A DNA stretch of 64,000 nt, taken from positions 58,962,001 through 59,026,000 of the forward strand of contig JAGIQG010000009.1 of the NCBI GenBank assembly GCA_024679065.1. Reading direction: 5' to 3'. The stretch comes from Sphyrna mokarran (taxonomy: Eukaryota). A program made the position numbers and the translations under genes. The notes below the pieces were generated by a model. It was not told where the DNA came from and did no database searches. It was given only the letters and a program-made list of their open reading frames with translations. Of the stretch, positions 12,601 to 27,230 are shown piece by piece. The stretch's first letter is position 1, and each line of letters begins with the position of its first letter.

Positions 12601-12860
12601 AGAAAAATATTTTTACAAAGAATTTCTTGTTTAAAAAAATGTTAAAAAAGTTCACATCATTTTGCACCACAGATTAATTTTTCACCATGTGTTCTTTCTC
12701 CTCTCAAAATATCACAAATCAATGTATCCTCTATAATTAAACAGATCCAATACTAAATGGACATTGCTAATTTTCACTACTGCCCCTAAATATCAGTCAA
12801 CAACTGTGCATCTGCTGTCAAAATGCTGCTGCCAAATTTTCAAATAGTTAATGATCCCCT

Positions 12861-13178
12861 AGCTCACGTGGAGTATTGAGTGCAGTTTTGGTGTCCTTAT
12901 ATGAGGAAGGATGTCCTTGCTATAGAGGGAGTACAGCAAAGGTTTACCTAGGATGGCATGTCTGTCATATGAGCACAGACTAAGTTGATTAGGATTATAT
13001 TCACTGGACTTTAAGAGGATCTCATAGAAACTTATAGGGTTAGACAGGATAGATTCAGACAGAATGATCCCAATGATGGGCGAGTCCAGAACTACAGATC
13101 ATAGTTTAAAGAAAAGGGATAAATTTTAGAACTGAAATAAAGAGAAATTTCTTCATCCAGAGGATGGTGAATGTGTGT
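12861..13178 (+). mobile_element. CR1-like LINE fragment
   Basis: gagtattgagtgcagttttggtgtccttat (EY.VQFW.PY) ... catagtttaaa ... ttcttcatccagagg; similar to 26540-27230. Confidence 0.75.
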
Positions 13179-14099
13179 AGTTTCTATGATGACTGAAAAT
13201 CATGCAGTTACCATTCGTAACAAGGAGAAGGCAGATTGAAGGAAAATGCATGTTGATGGGATATAGTACGACATAAAATTCTAGATCATCAATTCAAATT
13301 GAGCTCAGGATGATTCTGGACCAACTCAGAAATTAGGAGTTCACCACCTTTACCATAGAGAGAACCAAAAACAAAGTTAGTCTAAATTACAATTAAGGCA
13401 AGTATTTTTGCAGTAAAAGAGGGGTCTGATTTCTTCACTCAACAAAAGAGAGAAGTCAGAAAAATGCACACGTTTCATCACCACTGCTCCCCCCGATTCA
13501 CTCTTAACTCCTGCAGATTAGCCTCGACTTTAATGTGACTACTTTCATTCTTAGGTGATATGGAACATGTCTGATGGAAAAACTGACTTTTTTTCTAGTC
13601 TTTTCTTTTTGTAAGTTTCTAATAGGTTAGCATCAAATTAGAAATAAATAATTCAGACAACATACATACAGTCCTATAGAAAATTCAATAGTAAACATCA
13701 CCTGCAAAGCATTTGAGAGGCCAAGTGGCATTATATAAACCTACAAGCATTTACAGGATCACAATTGTTATGATGCAAGAGGAGGCTATTTGGCCCACCT
13801 GGGTTGCACTAACTCGCCAAACAAGCATCACGACTTAGAGCTATTCCTCTCCCTCTTTATACTGAATGATTTTTACAATCCCACCCACCATAAAAATTGT
13901 AATGAGTGGGACATGGAACATGAAAAGTTCTTTTAATCTCAGATGGGATTTTCTGGTCTTGGGGCAAGTGCGGTCAGAAAATCCCACCCATTGTTTCTGT
14001 TTAAGCATTTACTCTGCATGTTTAACATTGTGGAACATAAAGGTACACAATGTAAATGCAAGTTAACATGGAAAGGTGATGACAGCTGCTTCACAGAAA

Positions 14100-16100
14100 A
14101 CAACTGGATGCCAAACCAACAGAGGAAATATTAGGAGAGGTATTGAAAACCCTGTTTAAAGAAGTATTTTCACATCAAGAAATAGAAGGGTCAGGTAGGG
14201 AATTCTAGAGGAAAGGTCTGGACAACTGAAAATGCTTCCACCAATGGCAGGGCAAAAAAAGAGGAATAAGCCAGAAACAGAGAATACTTCGAGAGTAATT
14301 GGAGAGGAGAATGCAAGTCACATAAATTCGGGTGTGTAAACCAGGAAAGGATTTGAACTCAAGGATGAGATTTTAAATTGGAGACTTTGGAGGATGAAGC
14401 ATCAATGTCAACAAGAAAGACAAGAGTGATGAGTGCATGGGACAAGACACAGGCAAAGTTTTGTACAAGTAAATGGTTACACAGCAAGGAGAAGCCACCA
14501 GACAGGATAGCATTAGAATAGCAGAGTCTGGAAATGTCAAAGGCATTTGGGAGAATTTGAGCAACAAAATGATGACATTATCAAGTTGGAAATCTGTGTC
14601 TATTGCAGCTGAACTTCCAACTATCACAACGACTTAATATAATTTGACACAGTGACAAGAAAGGATTATGAAATTGACAGCGAAAATACAGAATTTGTGG
14701 CGGGGCAAAAGAGGACATCTTCCATCTTCTTAATACTTAATTGGAAGAAACTATGGCTGAAATGGGACTGGATCTCAGGCAAGCAGTTTAGCAAAGCAGA
14801 GGCAGAGAAAGAATCAAGTCACAATGGCAGAAATGTCACAATGGCACAATGGCAGAATGGCAGAATAAGGAAATTGACTTAAGTTTTGTTAGTGTACATG
14901 TCGAAGCTAACCTCATGCCTGCAAAATGCCTCACATGGGCAGCACATCGACAATGTCACTGAAGGGACTCAGGACAAATCATTGGGCACTTTGAGGCAAT
15001 GGTGCCAGAGGCAAAATAAAAGCCATTGGTGGTGATGCGCTATGATTTGTTAAGAAAAAATTGAACCAAGTTTTTGTTAAATTTTATCCCTTTCTCCGAA
15101 TTACAAAGATGTGCCAAATGGATGAGGCAAGCCCTTAATCCAACTTTGCTTGCTCCAAAAAGAAAATCTAAATTGAAATTAATTCATGACCCCACAAAAG
15201 AGAAAACCTAGATCCAAGGTGGCAAGAACAGGCATTACACCTGATCTCATGCTTGATCCTACGTTGATCTCAGCCAAAGAGCCAAGAATGGAACTAAGTT
15301 GGACAGAGCTAAGGCACTGGAAGAGTAGAGTATGGTGTGATAGCATTATATCGAAGATAGCAGTCTTGAAGGAGTGGAAGTGCATTATGGTTACTATAGT
15401 AAATTATGTAGTTTGAGGGTTGTATCACCAGTCTTAACAGTGTCAAAAGGAGAAACATGGAGTTGCAGAAAAGATGGCAACAGAATTGGAAGGCAAATTC
15501 AGCTGTGAATGAGAACGGGAGGTTGGAGATGGTGTTAGTTTGCAAGAACATGGCTGAGAATCGGCATTTGAAGGGGGTGGGCCAGGCAACATTTGCAATG
15601 TTAGCTAGAAAGCCAAGACGCTTCACAGGATCAAACAGACAGAAGTTGAAACTTATGGACAAAACCAGTTTGGATTTAGGAAGTGAGGAGATAGGAAAGA
15701 GATTGGAGAAGGACTCAGAACTAGTGCAAAAGGAAGTTTTACTCCACCAGTGGCTTCAATGCTTTCAGTTTCCATAGCCCAAAACCTCCTTTTTGTCAAA
15801 ACTATTGGTCATCTGTCTTAATGCTCTGGAGTACTGTGGCTTGGGGTCAAGTTTTGGTTGAAAAAACTCTATGAAGAGCCTACAAGCAATTTACTATAGT
15901 AAAAGCACGTTACAAAAATAAACTGTTTGACATGGGCAAAGGGAAACGGAGGAAGCAAAAGAAGCAGCTGATCACAGTGTTAAATCTTAGTGACAAAAAA
16001 CCCATTAATTCATGGTGATGTGGAGGTGGGAGACGTTCAAGTGAATGGTAGCCAAGAGAAGAAACAATGGAACAGGATCAGGACAATTAAGATGGAGGTG
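14100..16100 (-). mobile_element. Highly decayed old LINE (L2-like) region
   Basis: Purine-rich plus strand with L2-like antisense remnants; no clean ORF; boundaries vague. Confidence 0.3.
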
Positions 16101-18243
16101 AGGTAACAATTAATTTAAACAACATATACACAAAATTTGCAGAAATAATTCAGGAAACAGTGAAGATACTAATATCATGAACAATGAAACACAGTCAACA
16201 CAAAATTTAAAGAATTAATAACTACATTCTAGGTCACCATTCTGGTACAAATGAGATGGAAGTGAAATATTTCTGATTTTTAACTGAGATGAGGATTTTG
16301 TGTTGTGCACCAACAGACACAGTCTGCCAGATGGAAGAATACCACTCGATACGAGTTAAATATTGAACAGACAAAAGTATGTCACTTGTCAGGTTTGGTG
16401 AGAATCTGGGAAGAAGGAACATCCCTTCCTACAAACATGTAACCAGGACTGAACTACAAAGGAATGCGACAGTTTAATATATTTAGTACTTTTCACAAGT
16501 CATCTGCTGGACTCTACCATCGATTCATGCAGGATACTTGTGAGTTTGTTCATTTTAGCAGTGTGATTGCTGGTATGGTACAACTGACATCTGTAGTTTA
16601 GTCTGGGAAGTTTGGAGGGGAACAGTGGCCAAGATTCCACTACCGATCATCATCAGTGACCACTCTGGGAACACATACATTAAGTGGCGACGGAATCAAT
16701 TTTGACATCTTCTGATGACTGACGTGTACTTAGGTCTCACCTGATAGGCTAAACTTGGGTATTTTGGTGACAAACACAGGCCATGGTTTTTTTAATCTAA
16801 TTCCATTTTTCAAAATAAAGTACACTTCTACTACCAGATCAGTTTAGGTTTCATGTGGCGATAAGGACAGGCTGGTTAAGTATCTAACAAAAACCTCGCT
16901 GCAGTGCATCCTTGTTAAAGGTATTCTCTCCTCCAGTCAGCAAGAGAATGTTTGACAAGAGCCAAAACAAACCCAATCTGAGTAAAGATTACAAAATTTG
17001 GGAGGTGGAAAGTGCCTGACAATTCACTTCCTCCGCTTTGCCTACCCACCCCGCTACACATCAAGGTTTAAACACTGAACATTCACTAGAAATCTCAGCA
17101 GGATTATAGCTAACCAACCCTCCCCCAACATTCTAAACTCCAAAAAAAAGCAAATAAATCCAGATATGCCACTACTTTTGAAAGCGAGGACAGAGTTTAC
17201 AATATTTCACCAAGAGCATATAAGGGACAGATGCTGTATTTGAATAGAAGAGCCCAAATAACTGAAGCTTTTTTTGTGGTTCACAAAGCAGATCATGCTG
17301 CAGCCCCAATACGAATTGCAAATTTCCCTCTTTTGTCTTCTCTTTGTCCTTTAGAAACAGAGATTGTGGAAAGAACCTGGATGGAGGCCCAAAACCAGCA
17401 AAAACTACAAAATTCACGATTAGGTCTTTTGCCCAAGAAAAATTGCTGACCCCGCCCTCTAAAATCCAAAATCCCACCCAGCTACCCTGGGAGGGTCAGA
17501 CACCTCCAGAGTGCAAATTAGCCAGCAATAGCTGCCCCTAAACCAACACAAAGGCTGTCTGAGTGCTGGCCCCTATTACACGTGGCCATGTCATCCTAGG
17601 AGCACACAATGAACAACATTCTACAAACAAAAGGCAGCTCACACTGGGCATCAGCTACGCCAAGCTCTGCTGCTATGAAAAAACAAACATTCTCTCAGCT
17701 CAGGGTTGGGGGGAATTCTTGCTCTGCCAGCAATATTTTAAATCAGTGGGAGGAAATAAAAATCAAGCATTAGACTCTGAGTTGTTGCATTCTGCTGGTA
17801 AACAATACTACCACCCAAAGCTCACAGGAAGCAGCTCGGTCTCAGAGTGCCATCTCCATGCAGAAGACTAATCTGATGTGTCATTTTAATTGTTACTATT
17901 CTTAGCAATTGTTTGGAAATATTGGATACTGCAAACATTTTACAGTAACTATTGAGGCCAGATGTATTAAATGTACATATTTATCCGTGTGAAACATCAA
18001 TTAACACTCAGGTAAACCATAGCAGGAGGGATGGGTAAATAGGAGTATCACTTCCAGAATTTATCTCTAAGCACTGGTACACAGCTTTTCCAGGGTCGTG
18101 GAGGAACAGAGCTGAAAGGAAGCCCTTAGTTATTGACACATTTATCATCAATTTCACACATCTCATGTATTACAACTTTACTTCTCAGGACTGCTGGATC
18201 AAATAGGAAACCACCCAGGAATATATTGTCTTTCTTACACTAC

Positions 18244-18843
18244 ATGGTGGCGTTTTGGTATTGTCGCTGGACTAGTAATCCAGAGACACAGGGCAATGCT
18301 CTGGGGACCCAAATTCCAATCCTCACCACGGCAAATACTGAAATCTGCATTCAATAAAGATCTGGAATTAAAAGTCTAATGATGACCACTACTGTTTGTT
18401 GGAAAAACCCATCCGGCTCACTAATGTCCTTTAGGGAGTAGAAATGCCATCCTTACCTAGTCTGATCTATATGTGACTCCAGATCTACAGCAATGTGGTT
18501 GACTCATAAATGGGCAATAAATGCTGGAAGAAGTCTCACAACACCAGCTTAAAGTCCAACCAATTTATTCGATAGTAAACCCTCAAGCTTTCGGAGTTTG
18601 CCTCTTCATCAAGTGAATGGAGAGTTCTAGCCTCAGACAGAGCGTATAACAGCTCTCACAGTTTACAGATTACTAATTAGAATGCGAGCCACTACAACTA
18701 ACCTGCTATTCAAGTCTTAAAGATGCAGACGTGAGTGGAAAGAGCATTAGGCATAGGTTAAAGAGATGCGTATTGTCTCCAGCAATAATAAATGCTGGCC
18801 CAGCCAACGATACCTGCATTCCGTGAACAAATAAATTTTAAAA
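18244..18843 (+). mobile_element. tRNA-derived SINE interrupted by a Penelope pLTR fragment
   Basis: tRNA-like head (ggtggcg..tggtattgtcgctggactagtaatccaga); homologous inverted copies at ~20513-20852 and ~46513-46826. Confidence 0.7.
18528..18786 (-). mobile_element. Solo Penelope pLTR fragment with degenerate hammerhead (18581-18616)
   Basis: 12-bp TSD aataaatgctgg (18516-18527, 18787-18798); minus strand UCAC-uUGAUGA-A-GAGGC aaa CUCC-GAAA-GCUU-GAGG. Confidence 0.85.
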
Positions 18844-19304
18844 ACTGCCTTTAATAAATAGATAGCTTAACTCAAGCGCTGAACTGCCTTTAGATTACAG
18901 TCATTTAATTCATTTTATGGTAAAAAAAGATTTATAGCATCCAAAAAGACTCAAACTTATCCATGTCGACAATGCACTCCTTTTTTTTTAAAGAGTTTAC
19001 TCAGTCAGTTTGGAGTATTTTAGTGAATGATTAGCTTCTACTAATCCTTGCAGGTTTTTTTTTTAATTTTAGTGTCACAAGTAGACTTACATTAACATTG
19101 CAATGAAGTTACCATGAAAATCCTCTAGTCAACACACTCTGGCACCTGTTCAGATACACCAAGGGAGAATTTAGCATGGCTAATGCGCCTAACCAACATG
19201 CCTAAAAGATGGCATATGATGACCACTGACATGCAGTTCTGGTAGTCACTTTTAAAAGAGTTCCAAATAAATAGGCCATATTTATCTTGGGAGGAAAATT
19301 TCAG

Positions 19305-19495
19305 AATCATAGAACCCTACAGAGCGGAAAGAGGCTCTTCGGCCTATCAAGTTTGCATCAATCACAATCTCACTCAGGCCCTACCCCCATATCCCGGCAT
19401 ATTTTACCCACTAGTCCCTCTAACCTAAGCAAAACAGGACACTAAGGGACAATTTTAGCACGGCCAATCAACCTAACCAGCACATCTCTGGATTA
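19305..19495 (-). mobile_element. HE1/V-SINE-like 3' fragment
   Basis: Similar to 24122-24375 and 27845-28150 (agaatcatagaa tail; ggccaatcaacctaacc.gcacatct core). Confidence 0.65.
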
Positions 19496-20224
19496 TTTAT
19501 TTCTATTTTTCACCTTTCTGCCTTATCCTGGAGATCATGTTGAAGATCTGGGTTACTTGGATATTTCCATGTTCCTTCCAATGAAATATCACATTCATAT
19601 ATTCTTTCAGAAGGAAATTAAATACCTATTTGAAGGAGATAAATTAACAAGTATAGCACTATACCAAATAACTCAGAAAACACACATGTACTTGACCTAA
19701 TAACACATCATAATAATTTGGGTTATTCTAGTTTCAAAACAAGAGAGTCCTATTCATTAATTTTGGTGCAAAATTTCAAACTACTTTGTGTTCTGCTTCA
19801 GCTGGATTGCTACCAGTGATCACAGCAGCCCCGAGCTACCAGTGGGGAAGTAGCAGCCAAGGCCTTCACTCTCAGTCACTTCGTCTGGAAAATGCACATA
19901 TGAGCACAACAAACAAGAGTAAGATCATCCCTTGGAATGCCACACACATCCAGGAAGCCTGCTGACATACACAATCTGAGATGACACATACAAAAAATAG
20001 CCACTTGGATGTATGTGGCAAGAGATCCTCGCTGAATGAAATTTTAAAACAACTCAGCTCCATCATGAAGGGAGAAGAGAAAGAGAAAATGTTTACGTAA
20101 TTTCAACAGTAAAACCTCTGCAACTACATAATTTTAATACCACTGACGATACAGTGTACAAGATGTTTTGTTGGAATCATTCTTTTTCAGACAAATTTGT
20201 CTGTACAACATTCCATACATCGTG

Positions 20225-20510
20225 GTAAATATTCTAGCTTCTAAATTCAAATGTTGTGGATTCAAGCCATGCTCTCGGACATTAGCTCATAATCAAGGCT
20301 GATACTCCAGTGTAGCATTGAGGAAATACTGTATGGCTAGATGTGTAGTCTTCTGATGACAAGTGAGACATTAAACTAAGGGCCACTGGTTACTAGCTCC
20401 ACTGGTTCAAGAGAATGTTGAAATGCAGTTGGAGTTACACTAAGAGGAAGGAGTATTCTGCCCCTATAATACCACCAAAAGCTTAATGGACAGACACATC
20501 ATTGTTTGTA
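20225..20510 (+). mobile_element. Ancient Deu-domain SINE (AmnSINE/SacSINE-like) relic
   Basis: ggttcaag-like box, then ggctgatactccagtgtagcattgagg...gagacattaaactaagg; recognised from memory of the family. Confidence 0.45.
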
Positions 20511-20512
20511 GA

Positions 20513-20852
20513 TTTTAAAAATTCATTTATGGGACATGGGCATTACTAGCTGGTTGCCTGAAGTCAATTTAGAGTCAACCACATTGCTTTGGCTCTGGAG
20601 TCAAAGTCACGTAGGCCAGACCAGGTAAGGATGGCAGATTTCCTTCCCTGATTGACATTAATGAACTGAACGGATGTTTCTGACAATTCACAATGGTTTC
20701 ATAGTCATCAATAGATTCTTAATTCCAGATTTTTTTTTAAATCGAATTCAAATTCCACCATCTGCTTGGCAGGATTCGAAACCAGTTCCCCAGAACACTA
20801 GCTGAGTTCCTGGATTAAAAGTCTTAGGATAATACCACTAGGCCATCACCTA
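20513..20852 (-). mobile_element. tRNA-derived SINE (same family as 18244-18843)
   Basis: Reverse-complement homology; B-box-like TTCGAATCC at ~20772-20780. Confidence 0.7.
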
Positions 20853-21099
20853 CCCATGGATATCAATAAAATGCGTATCACACTTTCCCACATGCCAATA
20901 AATGTACATTAAAACAGTTCCTTTCAGAATGTGAGGTGGGAGGTGCAGTGTACTCTTTTTGCTAACCATTCCATTTCAGATAAGTGCTCCTCAGGGGAGC
21001 AGAGGCACAGCTCTCTTCCTGTACATCTCAAGGTAGCCAATTCCAGCAACATGAACAAGTACACAACCTAGTGACAAAAATGATGTGATAGACACAGAC

Positions 21100-21298
21100 A
21101 GCTGAAGTAAAACAGAAAATGCTGGAGAAACTCAGCAGGTCTAACAGCATCTGTGAAGAAAGAGAAATAAAGCTAAAATTTTGAGAAAAATAAAGCTAAT
21201 ATTAATATTGAGTATTTACAGAGTCTTCTGCAGAACTCAGTTGATCCAGCACTTTGTTTTTATTTCAGATTTCAAACATCTACAGTATTTTGCTTTTA
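21100..21298. mobile_element. Palindromic repeat, second fold-back family
   Basis: ctgaagtaaaacagaaaatgctggagaaactcagcagg ... ccagcactttgtttttatttcagatttc; related to ~25405-25608, ~35305-35415, ~46229-46441, ~59092-59166. Confidence 0.6.
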
Positions 21299-24121
21299 CT
21301 AGAGAGCACTCAAGATTGTTGGAGGGGGGCAGGATGGGGGTTTGATGAGGGAAGGAATGAACGAAATTGGAGATGTGAGCAAGGACCTATGTATTTTGTA
21401 GCTCAACACATCCCAACAATTAGAACACTCCTGTGGAAAAACATAGTATAATGTTTTATTTCTCTGACATTTTAATGCAGTTATCAAAGAAAGTTACACC
21501 CAAGCCAGCCTCTGTGTACTGTCAGCAAGCCATTAGTCAGCAATTTTCCTCACAAAACATGAGAACTGTACCTCCTTCACACAATTGAATCTATTCATCC
21601 ACAAATTCATACACCGAGTGACACATCTGACAAAAGTTTCAATTAAGTTCACTACAGAAAAGGTTTCAAAACAACTGACAGTTGAATCCCAATAAACTGA
21701 CACTACTTCAACTTGACTTGAACAATTACTCATGTCACATCAACACTAGCACAGCTGAAGCACCACTCTTTTCAATGATCAGTTATAAAAGGTCTATCAA
21801 AGGACAAATATAAAACTTTTGTTCCCAAAATAGGACTTATTTTCTTTAAGCATCCAGTTCAAACAAAATAGGCCAGTTCCAATTGCTATACTTGGTTTTA
21901 GATAAGTGTTTTCTCCCTCTTATCTGCCATAATTTGCTTCACTACCCTTTTTGATGATGATGATTCATTACTGGACCACAAGTGCTCTCGGATATCTTGC
22001 CCAAAATGGGTAACTGCTGTGAGTTAGCCTTGTTAATGTTGAGTTCAGCGGGTACTATAAAGCTGATCCCAACTTAAGTTCTCACCGCTGATCCACATAC
22101 AGACAAGGAAAACTCTCATGGCTGAGAAAATCTGACTCACTTTCTCTTCCTTCATTTGATTATAGTGTTCATCCAGCCACCCATCTCCCCCAAAATATCT
22201 AGCCGAATTCAGCCTTTGCTCCAAGAATCAAATCCGAGATTCCAGGTCTGTACAGCTCAACTACTTGTGGAGCTGGTGGAGGAGCTATAAAAAAAATTAA
22301 TGCATCAAACCATCTGTTGCATGCGTAACACCCGAGTATCAGCCACACAATGTTGTATCAAGTGTTTACTTGCATCACTGATACCATTTCCAAGATACAA
22401 GGAGTATAAACACGCTGGCCAGTTGCCTGGAACAATTTGGCCATTCATTATCTTTTACATCAATACAATCCAACCATTGGCTTAAGGTGATGTGGACACT
22501 GAAGCAGACAGCACAGTGCACTACTGGTGTGGCATGATCAGTTCTAAAATTTGTGCAAGGAACTTGGCAGAACTGTTCTCCTTTTCTCCAGGGTAAGACA
22601 TTAACTTAACCCTCTCCCCCCTCTCTTTCCAATGTTGATTAATCCACCACACAGTTCCAACTTGCAGTATTTTTATATCAAAATTCCTTTTTATTAGAAT
22701 CTGCAAATATGCTCAAGTCAAATTAACGTGTAACAAATGTTACTCAGCTATAACTACTATCCACTAAAATACGGAGTTATGGAACCTGTAGGGTTGATTC
22801 TTCTCCATTTGCTCTCAGTTCCTTCCCATACTTTACATGACTCTGCAGGATATGGGCAACGTGCTATTCCCTATTTATATTTATTAATGTTTCAATAATT
22901 CCTACACACATCTACCTCGTTATGTTCCCTTCATTAGAAATTTCTAGGGTAAAATTTTCACAATAGAAGCCTCCTTGACGAATTAATTCCAAACCTCACT
23001 TAGTGTCATAGATATAAGCAATCAAGTATAGAACAGGAGGTCCCATGTTCAACTCCTGCATTTGCGTTGAGTTAGCTGATCTCAGAAAGAGTGATAACAG
23101 AGTCACTAAAATTGACTGCAGCAACTCAGTCAGGAAAAGGAAATTTAACAGCCCCCACCGGAAAGTACACGCGTGATGCTGAAACGATAAAGACATAATG
23201 ATTCAAGCGCCAATAAAGTCTAGCAAGGCTCAAAAATAATGAGATTCACCATCCTGAAGTACACAAGTGCTGCCGTCTTGCGGGACTGAGCAACGTTTAA
23301 AATTGGAGGGAAAAGGAAGAAGGGAAAATTCGACCTGCTTGTAACACTGTAGTAGCTGCTGCTCAAACATTAGGAATAAGTGGTAGGAGGCTATCAATTA
23401 ATAGTGGATAAGTTTTTAAACATCACAAAACTCCCTTTTGGTCACCTTATATAGCATTTTTAAAAATTAAAACACAAACAGTACAGATATAAGGAAACTT
23501 ATTACAAGTTTCTAACAGTGCATTTTGGTATATTTCAATATTGCCCATTAATGCACAATGAAAGTGAATTATAACGAGCTAACCAGTCCATCATTTTCAC
23601 AGCAATTTTTACTGAACTGTGCTCAATGATTCAAAGCAATGCAAAATCAGCTTGGCGGTCACCTGTCACGACTAAATGTTACACTGCAGCCAGAACTTAT
23701 GACAAATTAAACCACAGCAGCTAAATGGTCTATTTCCAGTCATTATGGTCAAAACATTCCTTCCACAAAATGAAGCTCAAACCTCAAATTCAAACATTCA
23801 ATTACATACTCCTTACAAGAATAATGGTATAGTTGGTGCATGTAGCAGAATGTATTACACCACAAGTACCCACAATGAGTAGAACTCAAACAGAAAACTG
23901 TTTAAGGCAAACTTCTGGAGCTCAATGACATTGCACAGTTGGTAAATGCACCAGAGCAAAGTGAAAGACATGGAAAGTCCATGTGGTTTGATGATTTGTC
24001 CTGACTTATTTAATCTCCACCAGGCATTAGCATGACAGCTCCAAGAATAAGACAACTAAAATCCAAGCTCTGGTACTGGTGATACATGCAGGAAGAGACT
24101 GCACGAGAATAACCAACAGTA

Positions 24122-24375
24122 ATAGAATCTCTATGGTGCAAAAAGAGGCCATTCAGTCCATTGAGTCTGTACCAACTCTGACAGAGCATTTTACACAGAA
24201 CCCATCTGAGCCCCACACATTTGCCCAGTTAATTCTCTAACCTACACATCTTCCGATACTAAAGGGCATTTAACATGGTCAATCCACCTAAACTGCACAC
24301 CTTTGGATTATGGAAGGAAACTGGGACACTTGGAGGAAACGCCCACAGACATGGGGAAAAAGTGCAAACATCACA
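24122..24375 (-). mobile_element. HE1/V-SINE-like element
   Basis: V-domain-like caatccacctaaactgcacacctttgga...ggaaactgg...ggaggaaacgcccacagacatgggga; CR1-like tail. Confidence 0.75.
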
Positions 24376-25404
24376 AAGAATCACCCTGCATCTCCATTCC
24401 AGTAAGCCATGCCCGGCTTCAACCACTGTGCTCTCATTGTCCTACTGCCCACTGACTTCCACTGCCTAAAATCACAGTTCACGAATAAACCCCTGGACCA
24501 GAGAGGGCCTGGAAGATATGCAGCTATACTACAAATTGGGATTGGCAGCAAGAAAAGAAACTTACAATTGTATATTCCAATGTTCAAAAAAATGATTGGT
24601 CTGATGAAATGGGTTTACTGAACACCAATTCTGACTAACAGTATCCATATAAGAATGGCAGGGCACTAAAATTAGATCGATACCACATGCATCACAAATT
24701 GCTGCACCTTACTAAATCACAAAACAGTTGCACACTCCTACTACCAATAGGGCAAAATGGTGATAAACACGCGTCAACTGCATCTCTTCCAATGGAAGAG
24801 ATAAACACATCATCCAATAAGGTACTTAAACTTGTACGACAAGATACATAACCCAACACAAGAGGGTCTCAAGTCATGTGATCTCTGCCAGTGCAGCTAT
24901 AAGGATAATTTGTTTTCTAAATTCCCAGGCCAGAAGCAAAAAAATCTCTATCAGAAAACGTTCATATATATTAGGCAAAATCTGCCTTTGCTGCCAAGTC
25001 CACAATCAAGGAGTCCATCAGCACACACAATGAGCGCTGGGGCAAGGTGCTGACTTCTGTTGAGCAAAACCCCTTAAGCTGGAGCTGCAATTCGGTCCCA
25101 ATTTTGTGGTCTGAGAGAAAGCAAAACAGGAAATCTCTTGCAACGGTAATTTGATACACACACAAGCAGATGTATACAAACCATTACAAATTTGCATAAA
25201 ACATCGAGTTGGTGCTTGCAATGCTAACTCACATAACCATTAGGTCAATAGTATAAGATCCTGTACAGTACTTCTGGATGCTCAATAAAGGCAATCATTT
25301 AAGAAATTCAACAAAACATTCTCAAAAGTGCTCATAACTTCATTGCAGTGGTAATGCAAGTCTAATTGTGATATTAATAAATAAACATTTTAAAAAAGCT
25401 CAAG

Positions 25405-25608
25405 CAGGTCTTGCAACAAAAATAGATGGAAATAGAGTCAATGTTGAAGGTCCATTTCCAGTCAGACTTTTCATGGATGGTCCTGGAAACAGGTCACATA
25501 CCTGAAATGTTAACTCTGTTTCTCTCTCCACAGATAGTGTGATTTGCTGAGTATTTCCAGCATTTTCTGTTTTATTTCAGGCTTCCAACATTCACAATAT
25601 TTTGCTCT
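25405..25608 (+). mobile_element. Second fold-back family copy with degenerate hammerhead-like core
   Basis: aggtc aca tacct GAAA tgtt aact followed by the family 3' part; inverted agagtcaatgttgaaggtc on the left. Confidence 0.55.
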
Positions 25609-26539
25609 CAAATCACTCAAAGAACAGGAGAATGCAGGCACCTTACTCAGCTGAAGACGTAGATACCCTAGATGTAATCTACTTAAAATTAGCCATGCAT
25701 GATACAAACCTATTTACGCTTTGGGCAAAAAGTGCCATCAATAAATATTACATTCAATTGTAAAGTATCCAATCCATTCAGAATCATTGTCAGAGCAATA
25801 AAATTGTGCTTTTCCAATCTGTTTTTAGGTACTTTATTCACAGCAGAATTTCAAGGTTCCAGTTTTCTATGATTGCCCAAAGACTGTGAAGCTATGTAAG
25901 GATGTCTTCTGATCTTCCTATAGAATCACTGGTGAATCTATAGTGAAGGTAACAACATCAACATTATATAAACTCTGGTTAAGGATGCTGTTCAGCAGTG
26001 GCCACCAACACTGAATTGACCCATTTCTTCCCGAAATCCCTCCCCCTTCTGTGGGAACTAATCATCCAAGTGGACACGCTCAAGACAGGTGCCTAGGCAT
26101 TGAGATTAGTTTCAGAGCCAGGCCCAATCCTTCTCACCAAATGTCCAATTTCCAGTAGGAATCACCATATCAGGAGCTAGTTTTACGCTGTTCCAATTGA
26201 GAGGTGAGTAGCCCAATTATAACACCATAACTGTTACGTCAATTAAGAATAGTTAACTCAGCAGACCATGATTAAGGCTGGAAACTTCTGGTTTTACTTT
26301 ATGAAGTACCAAATGGGATTTTAATGTAAAAACTAAGTCATTAGAGAAGGTCTGTACTAAGCACCTTCAATTTTCTTCAATACAATGTCTGCTTTACATA
26401 CCTGGAAATATAACTTGGGCAAAGAGGTAACTTAAATAATCTCTATTTTCTTTCAATTTTTCTCTCAGCTTGTAGGCAGTAACTAAAAATGGTATGCAAC
26501 TTCAATATTACCAGCAGACCTCTTCACTTCAAGGTTTAT

Positions 26540-27230
26540 GCTACTCTGCAGAGGGACCTGGGGGTCCATGTGCATGGATCACAAAATCTCAGTTTGGACG
26601 TGTAGAAGGTGATCAAGAAGGCAAATGGAACATTGGTCTTTACCATGAAGTGGATGGAGTACAAAAGCAGGGAGGACTTGCTGCAATTGTACAGGATACT
26701 GGTGAGGCCACACCTAGTGTGCAATTTTGGTCCCCTTATTTAAGAAAGTTTATACTAGCTTTGGTGGGGGTGCATTGAAAGTTCACCAGATTGATTCTGG
26801 AGGTGAAGAGGTTAGTTTATGAGGAGAGATTAAGTAGACTGGGCCTGTACTCACTGGAGTTTAGAAGGCTGAGGAGAGATCTTACAGAGAAGGGTAGAGG
26901 CAGAGAAATTATTTCCACTTAAATGGAGACAAGAACTAGAGGGCACAACCTCAAAATAAGGGGGAGTCAATTTAGAACAGAGTTGAGGAGGAACTTCTTC
27001 CAGAGGGTGGTGAATCTTTGGAATTCTTTGCCCATTGAAACAGTGGAGGCTACCTCATTAAATGTGTTTAAGTCACAGGTAGATAGATTTTTGACCAATA
27101 AAGGAATTAAGGGTTATGGGGAGCAGGCAGGTAAGTGGAACTGAACCACTATCAGATCAGCCATGATCTTATGGCAGGGCAGGCTCGAGGAGCTAGATAG
27201 CCTACTCCTGCTCCTATCTTTTATGTTCTT
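26540..27230 (+). mobile_element. CR1-like LINE 3' fragment
   Basis: VQFWSPYLRK, RTRGHNLKIRG...RRNFFQRVVNLWNSLP; 3'UTR ending cctactcctgctcctatcttttatgttctt. Confidence 0.9.
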